Shown: positions 37,465 through 50,460 of the stretch, in pieces
Layout: each line of letters begins with the position of its first letter
How positions within the stretch are numbered: position 1 is the stretch's first letter
DNA from: Podarcis liolepis
Lineage: Eukaryota
Assembly: GCA_965112155.1 (NCBI GenBank)
Contig: OZ218104.1
DNA length: 64,000 bases
Direction: 5' to 3' (one strand)
Notes under the pieces: model-generated
Databases searched by the model: none
What the model was told of the DNA's origin: nothing
Seen by the model: only the letters and a program-made list of their open reading frames with translations
Translations under genes and position numbers: made by a program

Positions 37465-39499
37465 CTTGTGCCCCCACCCCAGTAGCCAGCTCACATTGCT
37501 CACTTTTACTAGCAGCTTCTCAGTTTGCTGGAATGGCAGTGTTTAAGTCGGCTTCAGGAGAAGAAAGCACCGAGAACATTAATTTTGGCAATTAATATTT
37601 AACTGTTCCGTAATATTTGTGCTATTTATAATTTATCTGTTTACACTCATTAAAAATGGATGCTGTAGACAGTTCCCTTGCCCCGTGTCAAATTGTTTCG
37701 TAATTGTGCATTTATGGAAAATATGCCCTGAAAGGTGTCCTTTTGGATTCTTATTTGTCTGGGCGCCCCGAGCGCAGGGCTCTCGCATGGCTCTGTCGCT
37801 CCACTTTCCCCCTGCTCCGCGGTGCTTTTCTCCACACTCCGGCTGTTTGATCCCAGACACAACAGGAAGGGCAAAGCGAAGTTGACAAGATCTCTGAGGC
37901 CTTCTCGGCACTTGATATGGAGTCTGTCAATTGTGCTTTGCTCTTCGGCTCAGACGTGGAGCTCAAGCGGCAGAGGTAGGAAATCAGGACATCGCCAAGC
38001 TGGAAAGAAGATCTCAGTGGGAGGAAAAGCGCACCCCCCCTCAAGCCAGGGAAAAGAAACACAGGGGGCTTTTTTCCATTGTCGATTGAGAGCCACACAA
38101 GGCTATATCATACTTCTTGTTGTTGTTGTTGTTGTTATATTTCTAACCCATCTTTCCTCCAAGAAGCTGAAAATGGAGGCATATGTGGTCCCCCCACCTC
38201 CATTTTTCACAACAACTTTGTGAGAGATGGTGACTGGTCCAAGGCCACCCAGGGAGGTTCACAGCCAAGTGGAGATTTCAACTCTGGCTTCCAAAGTCCA
38301 AGCCTGAGATGCTAACCTATATGCCACACTACCTCTCACACCAGCAAGGGATGGGCCAAATATTGTAGGACTGTGGAAACAAATGCTCCTCCACCCAACC
38401 TGATCATCTCATTCTGTCATTTGTGGCAGGTCACAAATTTCACAGCTGCAGAAGCCACCGACTGCTTGAGCGATGTAGCAGTATTTCCTCTTATCTTCCA
38501 GCGCTGTGCTGAGAGATTCCACAGCAGAGTGTGTGAGGAGAGGGAGAAAAATAGTATGTTCTAAGCAATGCAGGAATGAGTTTCCTTCTTCCCTTCCCAA
38601 CAAATAAAGAGCTTCACGGCCTTTGAAAGCTCTCCTCAAAGTCTTGATGGAAGAGGGGAAACACCACAGCCTGTGAATGAACTTGCAAAGTCAGGTCAGC
38701 AGCACTGTGTTGTTGGAGAGATGTGCCCCAGAACTCTTGCAGGGATTTTGAAATGGCAAAACAGCCCTGAGTCCTCATCTGGGAAAAAGGTGGGATATAA
38801 ATAAATAAGGTAAGAATAATAATTTGATACCTAAGATGTGTATTTTTGCAACCCAGTAATTGTAATTGTGTTATAATGGCTGCAACCCGTTTTGGGACCT
38901 TAGGTGGGCAAATGATGATGTTGACAATAATGATAATGACGACGACAACATCAGGCTGCATGAGATATGATTTGGGCCTCAGCTCTCAGTCTCCAAAAAC
39001 GGTTAACCCAACTTTCATAAGGTGGTGGAACTGGAATGACAGAAGCAGCGGTTCTGCCCCTGGCCTTCTTCTCTCAAATCCCCAAGTCTCTCATTCATAT
39101 CTCTGAAACCTCGAGTTGCTCAGTAAAAAACTAAAAAACTAAGAAAACCAACCCAAACCTGGTGCTGATCAAGGGTAGGCGAATTGCCTCAAGGAAACCA
39201 GTGAGGAAGCAGCAGCAGTTTTATCAGTTATCGAGACTTTCCCAACAACGCCTGCTCCCAGCTACGCTGAAGAAATTGCCACAGGGCTTTCCTGGGGCCA
39301 AGAAAGGTGCTCCAAACTGCTTGCATGAAACATTCTTTTCTGAATCTCACCGCAGCCTGCAAATCGTTAAGTATGAGGCATGCCTAACCAACAAAATAAA
39401 TGAAGGGGGTGCACGATTCCATCAGATTTAAGGACCAGCGACTGTGTGAATGATGAGTCTGCTTGCACCCAAAAGCAATCCAGACCCAGGTGCCTGCTC

Positions 39500-40021
39500 T
39501 TAGGAATGTAGGAAGCTGCCTTATAGTGACTCAGACCATATGTCCATCTAGTTCAGTATTGTCTACACCAGGGGTCAGCAACCTTTTCCAGCCGTGGGCC
39601 AGTCCTCTGTCCCTCAGACCATGTGGTGGGCCTGGCTATATTTTGAATTTTTTTTTTGAACAAATTCCTATGGCCTACAAATACCCAGAGATGCATTTTA
39701 AATAAAAGCACACATTCTACTCATCTAAAAACACCAGGAAGGCCCCACAAATAACCCAGAGGTGCATTTTAAATAAAAGGACACATTCTACTCATGTAAA
39801 AACACGCTGATTCCTGGACCGTCCGCGGGCCGGATTGAGAAGGCAATTGGGCTGCATCTGGCCCACGGGCCTTAGGTTGCCTACTCATGGTCTACACAGA
39901 CTAGCAGAGGCTCTCCTGGGTTTCTCTCTTCCGGCCCTATCAGGAGATGCCATTGGGGATTGAACCTGGGACTTTCTGCATGCAATGCAGATGCTCTACC
40001 ACTGAGCTACAGCCCTTCCCC
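39500..40021 (-). mobile_element. tRNA-derived SINE (Squam3-like), host of a hAT MITE
   Basis: Reverse-strand head gggaagggctgtagctcagtggtagagcat...ccaggttcaatcccc. Sisters at 53345-53543 and ~63220-63350. Confidence 0.8.
39569..39889. mobile_element. hAT-Charlie-like MITE
   Basis: Ends caggggtcagcaacc / ggttgcctactcatg; perfect TSD gtctacac; carries an internal direct duplication. Confidence 0.9.
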
Positions 40022-42206
40022 AAATAGTTATTCAGATTTGCAGGGCTACAGCCACCTAAATTATATTCACAGCAGAGCCATTGAAATGAATGGACCTGAG
40101 TTAGGTCACACTGGCACCATAAGTTGAAAAAGCCTTACAGGTTCCTTGGGAAAAGGACTGATTGTTAAACTGTTCTTGAGAACTGTAGTTCTGTGGGGAG
40201 TAGGGGTCTCAAAAGCAACTCTCAGCACCCTTAACAAACTACAGAATGTGGGATATAATCCACTGGGAGCAATCAAATACAACATTCCTGGCTTTCCTAG
40301 AGGGGACATGCAAGGGGATGTTTGGTCCAGCCAGTCAAACTTCCTGTTCCTCCTGGCCTGGAGCATCCTTCCTTGCATGTGATTAGTGGGTGGGTGTGAC
40401 CTTTCCAGACCTGGTAAAAGGCCATGGCATGCTGCCACTCTCCCTCTTTTCCATCTTCTTTTTGTCCTGCGAACCTTCTGGAATTAACTGCTGGCTGCCA
40501 ACCAAGCAGTCCCTCAGGTCATCTCCCTTATGGGGTAAACCTGTTTTTATACATTTGTAACTTTAAGCCTTAAGCCTGCCTTCAGGGATCACACTGTGCT
40601 TTGCCTGGTCGTGAGTAAACTTTCTTTTTATTGCTTATGCATAAGACTGTGGTGTCTTTATTCTTTGAGGAGGGATTCAAAGGGTCCTACCAGCAAGATA
40701 TTAGAACACATTTCAATCTGGACAAGCCAGATTGAATTGCGTATTGTCTTAAGAAACTCACACAGGTTTGCAACTAGTTTTCTGCAAAGGGGAAATGTAC
40801 TCTGCTAAGTAAAGGAACTTGCTAGCACAAGTTAGGAAGGATATTAATAAACAGTATATCCTCTCCTGCCACCCTGAACATTCCCACACAGAATTCTTGG
40901 GGGCTGTGGGGGAGAGGTGAAACTCTGGTATCATAGAACTTTAAGCATATGCTATGGATGTGGCATAGTCCTATCCATCAATTTCTATGAGTCTATTTTG
41001 CGTGTAACTATTGCCAGGTGTAACCTAAACATTTTAAAGTGACATATCTCGCCTTCCTCTTTGGCAAAGGGCTCAGGTATGGACTGTGTACCTGCTACGT
41101 GCTCCCCACCTCCCCAGACATCGGAACCGTGCTGATCTGCACTGAGGTCTGCTGAAGAGGAGTGGAATACAAATTGCTTACATAAATAAAAGGACCCCTT
41201 GATAAAATTAAGGGCAGATGTCAAACAAACATGAATATGTGAGTGTGCCATGTGTGCTTCGGCTGAAATTATCAGGCAGTAATAGCGTGGGGTTTGCCTA
41301 CTTTCAAATCATGGCCTTATTTCCTGATTTGTGACCTTTAATTGTAGTGATCCAATTAATGGTAGGATATAAAGTGCTCTGGATTCTTTCACTCCTGTGT
41401 GTCACCGTGCAAGGTTAAGGCTTCTCTGGTTGTCCCCCGCCCCCCAAGGGCAGGAATGGTTTCAATTTGCATTTCCTTGCTTTAGGAACTTTAAAATTAT
41501 CCCAGCCTTATGCACAAACTCTGCACTTAATGGGGCTTTCTCCCACTGAATAAATTACGCCTCGCCTGACAGTCGAAAACTAACTTTCCTTCCACATATA
41601 CCTAAGAGAAAGTCCTCACCCCACACATTTAAACCAGTATCGTTCCACTTTGAACAGTGATGGCTTCCCGCAACATCTGGTGGGCACCATGTGGGCTGCC
41701 CTTGCATAAAGGGGTTGCTTACTTCCTTTTCGCACATATCTAGAGGCAGAAGGGGACTGGGAAGGTGAAAATTCTCTTACCCAAGACCTTGGAACACATG
41801 GAGTCAGATATGACAGCGTGGGCTGATGCAGATGAGCAGAGACTGCGTTCTAAGAGCCACTGCAATCCTGACTGGTCCCACAAGATAATAGGCTTTCTCC
41901 ATCTCTAATTTCTGTAATAACACTGTGTTCCTACCTTTTGACTTTGATGCTGGAGTGCCACAGGAGCATGTTACTTCTTCAGCGCTTTTGATGGATATTA
42001 CATCCACTAACTATTAAGCACCTGGAGGAATGACTGGATCTATTTCTACCGCCAAGATTTAATACTTTTATATTTTTCAGTGCAGATGAGAATATTTTTT
42101 TTTTTGCCAAAGATGGGAGCTGGCTGTACGCAATCAAGACATATTTTTAAAAGTCAATGTACCAAAGAGAGGCTGCGCTGAGAAATCTCTTTTAAAGTTC
42201 CCCATG

Positions 42207-42208
<2 letters not shown>

Positions 42209-42241
<33 letters not shown>
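42209..42241. repeat. (TG)n microsatellite
   Basis: About 16 TG units. Confidence 0.95.
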
Positions 42242-42242
<1 letters not shown>

Positions 42243-45200
42243 AAACTTCCAGGAACAACGGATGAGGGGATGAAAGAGAATTGAGAAGTATACGCAGTGC
42301 GCTCCTGAATTTGAATAATGAATCCAATTAGGGTTTTTTCCATGACTGATACAAATGCTGATCCAACTCAAATCAAGTGGGAAAATTGGACAAAAACGTT
42401 TGCCAGCTATCAAACAGGGCAGGCCTCTGCTATTAAAGCACTTTTGGATGGCAGAGGTGGGGCTTGGCTTGGGGTGAGCAGGCCCTGCAATGAAAGAACT
42501 TACAAGGCAGAGTGCACCAGCCCTGATGGAAGACACAGCGGCAACATTCACACAACCGTTTATTCCATTTCTCCATTGTTTCCCTAACTGTTCACTTCCA
42601 TATCACAGCCAAGCTCTCACACGATGCAAAAGCCACTTCTGGAAAATTAACAGAATACAGCGCTTGTTTTGTGCTCATTCTCATGATATTTGATTCCAGA
42701 AAGAAAGAAAAAATACCTGTTTGCAGCTCCCTTTACCCAGAAAATCGCAGGAGTTAAAGTGACAAAATTTGGGGCAGTATATCGGAGAGGCAGTTCTGTC
42801 CTGCTGTTTTCATGGGGGAAATCATGCAGCAGGCCTGTATGGAAGGGGTGGGAGAATAGTGATGCAGTTCAGTGATGCTCATTGTTGTGTCACATCACAG
42901 CCACTGGTGTGGATGAAATTTAGCATGACATGCTGGTATAGCGTTCAAAAAGCCACAGTTCCATAACACAACAGGTACTGCAGTGTGAAAAGGACATTAC
43001 AAAATTGGGACAGAAGCACTAGCATTATAACCGAGAAAACTAACGCAACATTCCCCACATCTGAATGCCCCCCTTATTGCATCCTGGTGAGTCTTCTTCT
43101 TACAAGCTCCAGTTGCACAGTACAGACAGTGGTTGGCTTATGGGTGGGTGGAGAATCCCTGCTGCGAAATGCCATTCTGAGGTTGCCACTTTGGGGTTGC
43201 CATTAGAGTGAGGCACTACCCTGAACCTATTTCACAGCCCTTGCCCTAGCTCCCACCAAGATGACGGAAGCACTGACTTGAGAAAAAGGGAGAGATCTTG
43301 ATAGACGCAGAGAAGACATCTCGGCTCAGCAACGGGCAATGGGTCACAGCAGCCGCTATGCTCGGCCTCAACAACAGGCAGAGGTGAGGCTAGCTGGACA
43401 AGCAGCAGCGGTCCAAATTTAAGATCAGGTCAATGAGTTGAGAGCGGCACAAAAGCAATGAAGCTGTTCCAACAGGTTGACACACCCACCTGCCAAGCTT
43501 TGAAAGCCGAGCCAAGCTGCGCTTACTCACAAGACTCTTAGGCCTTGTGAGACTGCGCACATGCAGGAGCTCATTGCATCAGGGAGGATGTGCCTGTTCC
43601 CAGCAATGGGAGTACTGCTGGGTCCTGGGTGACCAGGTTGTGCCCCTCCCTTCTGACTCTCCATCCCTAGTGGTGGACTGATGCCTCTCGCTGCCCCTTG
43701 GATTCTATTGGTGCTCTCCTCTCTCCAGGACAGAAGAGGGGAGAAGGGAGTCCTGCTTCCCCAGCAGGGGACAGTACCCACCTCCTCCGGCCTCTGTACC
43801 CAACTCTCAGCCCCTCCCATATCATCCTCCAGTTACCCCTCCATACCCATCACTGCCTGGCATGCCACTCCTGAACCAGGAGACACCCTGAGACTCATGA
43901 CAACCCCCAGCTTAGTTGGATGTGTGTCGCTTGATGGGAAAGTGTGGAAAGAAAGTTGCTGGCTGCCGTGTGGTAAAAGCCAGGGTGTGTGTGTCTGCAG
44001 AGATGGGGATGAGATGGGGGTGAGGTTCTTGGATGCTGAATATGCAGTCTTGGAACCAAACCACCTGATACAGGTGCATCATATGGAACAGAGTGGAGCA
44101 TCCTATGCTAGGCTTCTTTTTTCATATTCTGCTTAGCTTCACTTATTTAGTTACATTGGCTTCTTTGTATTGTTTCATTTAAGCTATTCAGTTAGCTTAG
44201 CTTATCTGTATTGTTTTACACAACACTATGGACTATTATTTTTGGTACTTATTTATAGCTGTTCCTAATGTGCTTTGAATATATACAGATTGTTCATTTG
44301 ATAAACTGTGAGATACTCTGGCCACATTTTTGGGGGGGTGGGGTGGGGAGGTGGCATTCAAATAAACTTAAACACTGATGGCATTGCTGTGCCTCTTAAG
44401 AACATATCTATGTTTCCAGGGCCTTTAGTGGGCTGTTGTGACCTTAATTCTGCTATGGGTCAACAGCTACGTTTTTAAAAAACCTTTATTGAATTTTAAG
44501 TTGCTTATGCTTTTAGAGTTACTAAACACAAGCCTTGAAACTTGACATGCAAAGAGGTTGAGAAACGTTTTGATAAATAAATAGCAGAAAAATATCCCAC
44601 AATTCTAGCACCACGGAGACAGTGGACAACAGATGGGAACCATCAAACATACTAATCATCCGTAATAGGCCACTTTTGAGAGGCCATTCCTTTGAGGGAA
44701 AGGAGACAGATGTATGCATGCGTCATAAAGAGAGCTTGATTTATCTAATAAGAAGGGTCAGGACTCAGGCCCCAAACCTGGGGAAGACACAGCCTTTGGG
44801 ACCTCAAGATGATTGTGACTACAGCTCTCTCATCAACCCTCAGCATCACACAGCCGCGCAGGCAGGGGCTGATGGGAGATGCAGTCCAAAACATCTGGAG
44901 GGCATCAGGATGGGAAGGCTGGCATAGGCTCTGGCTACTCAATGGCAACAGAAGCATCACATGTCCATGCTCAGAACACCTTTTATCAGTACAGTTTCAT
45001 GTGGGGTCGCCTTTCTCCATATATGCTCGCTTAACCACTTCTATCTGCAAAACGGACACTTAGCACATTTATTGAAGCATCTAATATGGCAAAGTTCAAG
45101 TACTAGAGAACAGACTGTGCTCTAAGTTCAATCCAGGTAGGGCTACGAAAGAAACGCCCTGGCTGAGAGCTGCAGAAAGCTGTGTTTCCTTAAACAATGC

Positions 45201-45412
45201 AGGGCTGGATAAGAGTACCTGGGGTAGTGTAACTCAGCAGGGCAGTTTCATATGTTCAAGAATGAAATCTACACGGCAAAACAGAATGTTTGAGAAATTC
45301 CAATGGAAGCTGATCCAATTCATTATTCTTCAGATTTTCACACTCCTCTGAATTTTGCAATACAGTTCTTTGTTCATAAAAGCACCGAACTGTGTAGTTT
45401 TAGAATAAAATA

Positions 45413-45665
45413 CCAGTATGGTGTAGTGGTTAAGAGCGGTAGCCTCGTAATCTGGGGAACCGGGTTCGTGTCTCCGCTCCTCCACATGCAGCTGCTGGGT
45501 GACCTTGGGCCAGTCACACTTCTTTGAAGTCTCTCAGCCCCACTCACCTCACAGAGTGTTTGTTGTGGGGGAGGAAGGGAAAGGAGAATGTTAGCCACTT
45601 TGAGACTCCTTAAAAGGGAGTGAAAGGCGGGATATCAAATCCAAACTCTTCTCCTCTTCTTCTTC
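45413..45665 (+). mobile_element. Young tRNA-derived CORE-type SINE with (CTT)n tail
   Basis: tggtgtagtggttaagagc...ccgggttcgtg...gggtgaccttgggccagtcac...cttcttcttc. Confidence 0.88.
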
Positions 45666-45836
45666 AAAAACATATGCATGGAGCTAAAATGTGTATTTTA
45701 ATGCACATCTTCATGTGGGTTCCTTTGCAGATCAATGAGGAACTTATGGATGAGCAGGTGCAAAACCAAGAACAGATCACAAACAAACTGATCCACCTAT
45801 CCCTACTCAAAACACATGTACTGCAGATTGTAACAA

Positions 45837-46804
45837 AATAATAATAATAATAAATTTTATTTATATCCCGCCCTCCCCAGCCGAAGCCGGGCTCAGGGCG
45901 GCTAACAACAATAAAACAGTACAAAAGTACAACATAAACAACATTCTAAAATCATTCATTATAAAAATTAATTAATTCAAGCCACTAGCAACCATTGGGC
46001 CAGAGCTCTGCGAAGATTGCCGAGGGAGGGAGTCAGGCTGTGCCCTGGCCAAAGGCCTGGTGGAACAGCTCTGTCTTGCAGGCCCTGCGGAAGGATGTCA
46101 AGTCCCGCAGGGCCCTGGTCTCTTGTGACAGAGTGTTCCACCAGATCGGAGCCACAGCCGAAAAAGCCCTGGCTCTAGTTGAGGCCAGCCTAACTTCTCT
46201 GTGGCCTGGGACCTTCAAGATGTTTTTATTTGAAGACCGTAGGTTTCTCTGTGGGGCATACCAGGAGAGGCGGTCCCGTAGGTACGAGGGTCCTAGGCCA
46301 TATAGGGCTTTAAAGGTTAAAACCAGCACCTTAAACCTGATCCTGTACTCCACCGGGAGCCAGTGCAGCTGGTATAGCACCGGGTGAATGTGATCTCGCA
46401 GCGAAGACCTCGTAAGGAGTCTCGCTGCAGCATTCTGCACCCGCTGGAGTTTCTGGGTCAGTCTCAAGGGCAGCCCCACGTAGAGCGAGTTACAATAATC
46501 CAGTCTGGAGGTGACCGTCGCGTGTATCACAGTGGCTAGGTCAGGGCGAGAGAGGTAAGGAGCCAACTGCTTAGCTTGGCGGAGATGGAAAAATGCCGCC
46601 TTTGTTATAGCTGCAATCTGCGCCTCCATGGAAAGGGAGGTGTCGAAGATTACACCCAAACTCTTAACAGACGGTGCTGGCACTAATTGCGCCCCCGCAA
46701 GAGATGGGAGTTGCCCCCCCAATCCCATATCGCCCCGTCCCAGCCACAGGACCTCTGTCTTCAAAGGATTTAGCTTCAACCGGCTCCCGCGTAACCATCC
46801 AGCC
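45837..46804 (-). mobile_element. L2 LINE, 5'-truncated, open ORF2 C-terminal 257 aa
   Basis: LKLNPLKTE...LGVIFD..LS...SRLDYCNSL...LQRVQNAAARL...LHWLPV..RI.FK...RAFS..AP..WN.L are L2 RT C-terminal motifs; (TTA)n tail. Confidence 0.95.
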
Positions 46805-46826
46805 AAAACTCCAAGGCGGGGGGGGG

Positions 46827-46865
<39 letters not shown>

Positions 46866-47059
46866 AATCTGGAATGTGAGAGACAGAGAGGATGATGATT
46901 GGGTAGCAGGTCAGAAGGGGGCAAAACAGGACTGGGGAACCTCAGGCCATCTAGGCCTCTGTATCTGGATTCTCCCCAGGACACACTGCTCACTGGGCCT
47001 GCACCACACGCTTCCTGAGTTTATAGAAGAGGTGAACAAGAGGTGAAATGATAGACATT

Positions 47060-47352
47060 TATAAAATGATGGATGGCAAACTGTGGAAATTACTCCCTCC
47101 GGAGGCAGCAATGGCCACCAACTTGGAGGGCTTGGGAGGAGGATAGGCCAAATTCATGGAGGAGGCTATCAACAGCTACTAGCTATGCTCTGCCTTCACG
47201 GTTGGAGATGACAATGCTTCTGAACACCACTTGTTGGAAACCACAGGTGGGGAGAGTTGGGCCCTGCTCCTACTTGTGGGTTTCCTACAGGCGTCTGGTT
47301 GGCCACTGTGAGACTAGGTGGGCCACCTGATCCAGCAGGCTCTCCTTATGTT
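47060..47352 (+). mobile_element. CR1-type 3' fragment
   Basis: aaactgtggaaattactccct...aaattcatggagg...tgatccagcaggctctccttatgttc. Confidence 0.75.
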
Positions 47353-48584
47353 CATTAATAAAATGAGTCATCCCTTCTGTGGCCAGGGATTGCCAACTGT
47401 TCCCATTTTGGGGAAGTGCTCAGTATCCCAGGCTTGTTCCCTCCATCCCAAAAGGTTGGTGCCACCTATGCATGTTGCCTTAGCCATCACAGCTCCATCT
47501 GGGCCCATCTTTTCACCCAACACAGTGGCACGGAAGCTGCCTTTAGATGAGCTCTGCCCAAGAAGCAGAAACTGCACGTAGACATGGGGGCCCTGTGCAC
47601 AAGTACGCCTGTTTCCATGAGGATTTACTCAGTCCTATTTGAATATCACATAAGCAGGTAAAAGATTAAAAAATATATAATCACATCTATAAAACATCAT
47701 GTTTTAGAAGACTATTGTGGCTGCTGCTGCTGCTGCGGGTCCCTGCGCTCTTTTATGTTTCAAGTAACACAAATTTGGGATGTAGAAACTGGTGTCTGAG
47801 CGAAAGCTCTTCCCATTAAAACAAATCCCTCAACCAACATCTTCGTGTTCCTTGGCTCCCCTAAGGGCCTAGCTCTGCAGGGGGAAGAGCTCCTCTCTCT
47901 TCCCGGTATGAAGAGACTTGAAGGCACTCAGCACCTGGAAGGATCAGCCTACACTATTCATCCGTTTGAAAATTGTAACTCAAACAGTCCCCCTTCTTGC
48001 TTCAATCCCATTGCTATTTCATTGCTCTCTCTCCAGATTTCCCCTCTTCTGCAGCAATAGCAAAGAAGTTCCACATTGCTCCCCTAAAACATTCTACTTT
48101 CCTCTATGTCTCCATGGCAGTCTTGTCATTGGACAACAACTCCCATTATTCCCAGCCAGATGCTTGCTCTGTCACCAAGGTATGACTGCCCCTTCCCTCT
48201 CAAGCAACCAGGGTTGAAAAGAAAGCAAAGGTTCTTTTTGTCTGGCCAGAGGGAAGAGAGTGCATGTGAGCAAGACTGTGTATATAGGTATCATCTGAAT
48301 GTGTATGTGTATGAACTGTATGTCCACACACACATGGCTTGAGAGTATAGCCATGTTCACTTCTTCTTGGACATGCCCACCTTAGATATGTGGCCCCCAG
48401 GGTAGAAAAGGCGCTTTCATTCCTGGGTTAAAGCATTTTGGTAGCAATGGCTGTCAACTTCAATGGTTTTAAAGGGAGATTAGGCAAATTCAAGCTTTCA
48501 AGGGCTACTGGGCAGAGAGGCTACCTCAAATAACGGGGGAAGATGGTTGCACTCATAAACTGCCTCTCTGTGCAATTCCCAGCC

Positions 48585-49000
48585 CTGGGACATTGCACAT
48601 TGAAAGCAGTATCACACCACTTTAAACAGGCATTTATTTATTAATTAAAATGTACATACCGCCTGAAAAACTCAAAGCAGATTACAAAAAAGATAAAACA
48701 ATAAAATCATCGCTAATAAATTTACATGGCTTCCCTCAAGGAATCTTGTAGTTTGCAATGGGTGCTGAGACACATTAGGGAACACCTATTCCCCTCACAG
48801 AGTTATAATTGCCTAGGAAGAGAGACTTGCTTTTATACAACTTTGGGAAATGCAGCTCTGTATGAGGAATGGGTGAACAGGGATCACCTCACAACCCTCA
48901 GCACCCTTAATGAACTACAGCTCCCAGGATTCTTCAGGGGAAGCCATGACTGTTTAAAGCGGTATCATGCTGCTTTAAATGTATAGAGTAGCTGGGGCCC
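48585..49000. mobile_element. Foldback MITE, same family as 6168-6492
   Basis: Shares cctattcccctcacagag, ctcagcacccttaa and gggaagccatgactgtttaaag. Confidence 0.7.
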
Positions 49001-49985
49001 CCAGAAGCATCCGGCCTGCTCTGCCTGAAAGCAGAGTGCTGGAACAGGCAGACCCACGGTCTGGACCGGTGTGGGTTTATTTGCATCATCTCACATCAAG
49101 CACCCAGATGTTCATGTCCCACAAACGCTGCAAGAGTCTGCACCGCTTTCTGTTTCACAGTCCCCACCCACACTTTGCACTCGGAAGGGCTCTGTGCATT
49201 ATCAAAAACCCAACTTGTGGAGGAGACAGTCTTGCTGCAAAGCACATTCAAAGCCCAACTATCAAGAGGCAACGCTGCGTCTCTTGCATTTTTACAGTGA
49301 CCTCGGGACATGATTTCCAGCAAAGTGCACCTTATCTTTCTCTCTCTTTATACCTCCTCCAGGAGACTGCCAGATGCAAGGATTAAAACAAAAAAATCAA
49401 TAAGAGAGAAACCCTTTCCTTTTGAGCAGAAACCGGCTGTTGTAAGCGAACACACCGACAAAACACTTTCAGCTGGATTTGCCTGCTATACAAAAAAACC
49501 CCTGATCTGCTTCCACCAGAAGCATCAGTTCCAGATTGTTTTGGGGGTGGGGGGGAAGCAGGGCTCTTGGGAAATCACCACCTTGCGTTCCTTGCCACTT
49601 CCACCACTGCCCATTCAATGTCCCCTTCACTATGCACCCAGTCCCCAGCACTGCACAGGAGGAGATGTCAATGGAAACCAAAGGCGGGAGCAGGATTATC
49701 CTTCCTCTGATTCTCAACATTGCTCACACCCTTGGAGAGGAGAACAGGCAGCAGTGGCAAGAGGGGTGAAAAGGGCTTTGGTGGGAACCTTTTGAGAAGT
49801 GAGACACGCCCTATCTGCATAGCCCCACCCCCTCATCTGCATAACAGGACCAAGGCTCCATAGCTTGGTCACCTTAAGTGTGACGGACTGTTAGGGATTT
49901 GGCTTTTATCACTGAGACAAGGACAGAGCCTGTATAAGTAGGTTGGCTACGTCAAACAACATTCTGCCATGTCAAAGCCTGAATA

Positions 49986-50139
49986 CAGTCATACCTTGGA
50001 AGTTGAAGGGAATCCGTTCCGGAAGTCCGTTCAACTTCCATAACATTTGAAGCGCCTGCAGCCAATCAGAAGCTGCGGAAGCCTCGTTGGACGTTTGGCT
50101 TCCAAAAGAATTTTCGAAAACCGGAACACTCACTTCCGG
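49986..50139. mobile_element. Truncated Tigger-like MITE (family of 17271-17520)
   Basis: TA followed by cagtcataccttggaagttgaa...ggaacactcacttccgg. Confidence 0.8.
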
Positions 50140-50460
50140 TATATCAAAAATTACTGATTTGGTTATACTACCAGAAATACAAAGACAGGTAGTTATGAAA
50201 TGGTTGTTTATATTTGGACTATTTTTCTGCTGTACTTTATTGGAAGGAGAAAAATAATCATTTCCTTAACAACAATTTAAACAAAAGAATTTTCGAAAAC
50301 CGGAACACTCACTTCCGGTATATCAAAAATTACTGATTTGGTTATACTACCAGAAATACAAAGACAGGTAGTTATGAAATGGTTGTTTATATTTGGACTA
50401 TTTTTCTGCTGTACTTTATTGGAAGGAGAAAAATAATCATTTCCTTAACAACAATTTAAA
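50103..50460. repeat. Exact 179-bp tandem duplication
   Basis: 50103-50281 is repeated at 50282-50460. Confidence 0.92.

Noticed and set aside
40985-41251. Possible cryptic minus-strand exon (good acceptor near 41152)
   Set aside because: No similarity to the KCTD15 N-terminus, only weak donors, and no supporting evidence.
43527-44136. 151-aa and 97-aa overlapping ORFs
   Set aside because: Low-complexity composition with no recognisable family.
45413-45485. tRNA gene-like heads (also ~4013, 11743, 24045, 29196, 40021)
   Set aside because: The A/B boxes continue into SINE bodies and tails, and no complete cloverleaf is evident.
46033-46806. Longest ORF (257 aa) as a host protein-coding gene
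   Set aside because: It is the C-terminus of L2 ORF2, 5'-truncated and lacking the RT core.
50103-50460. CRISPR-like or satellite array
   Set aside because: Only two adjacent copies, no spacers, and a vertebrate context.
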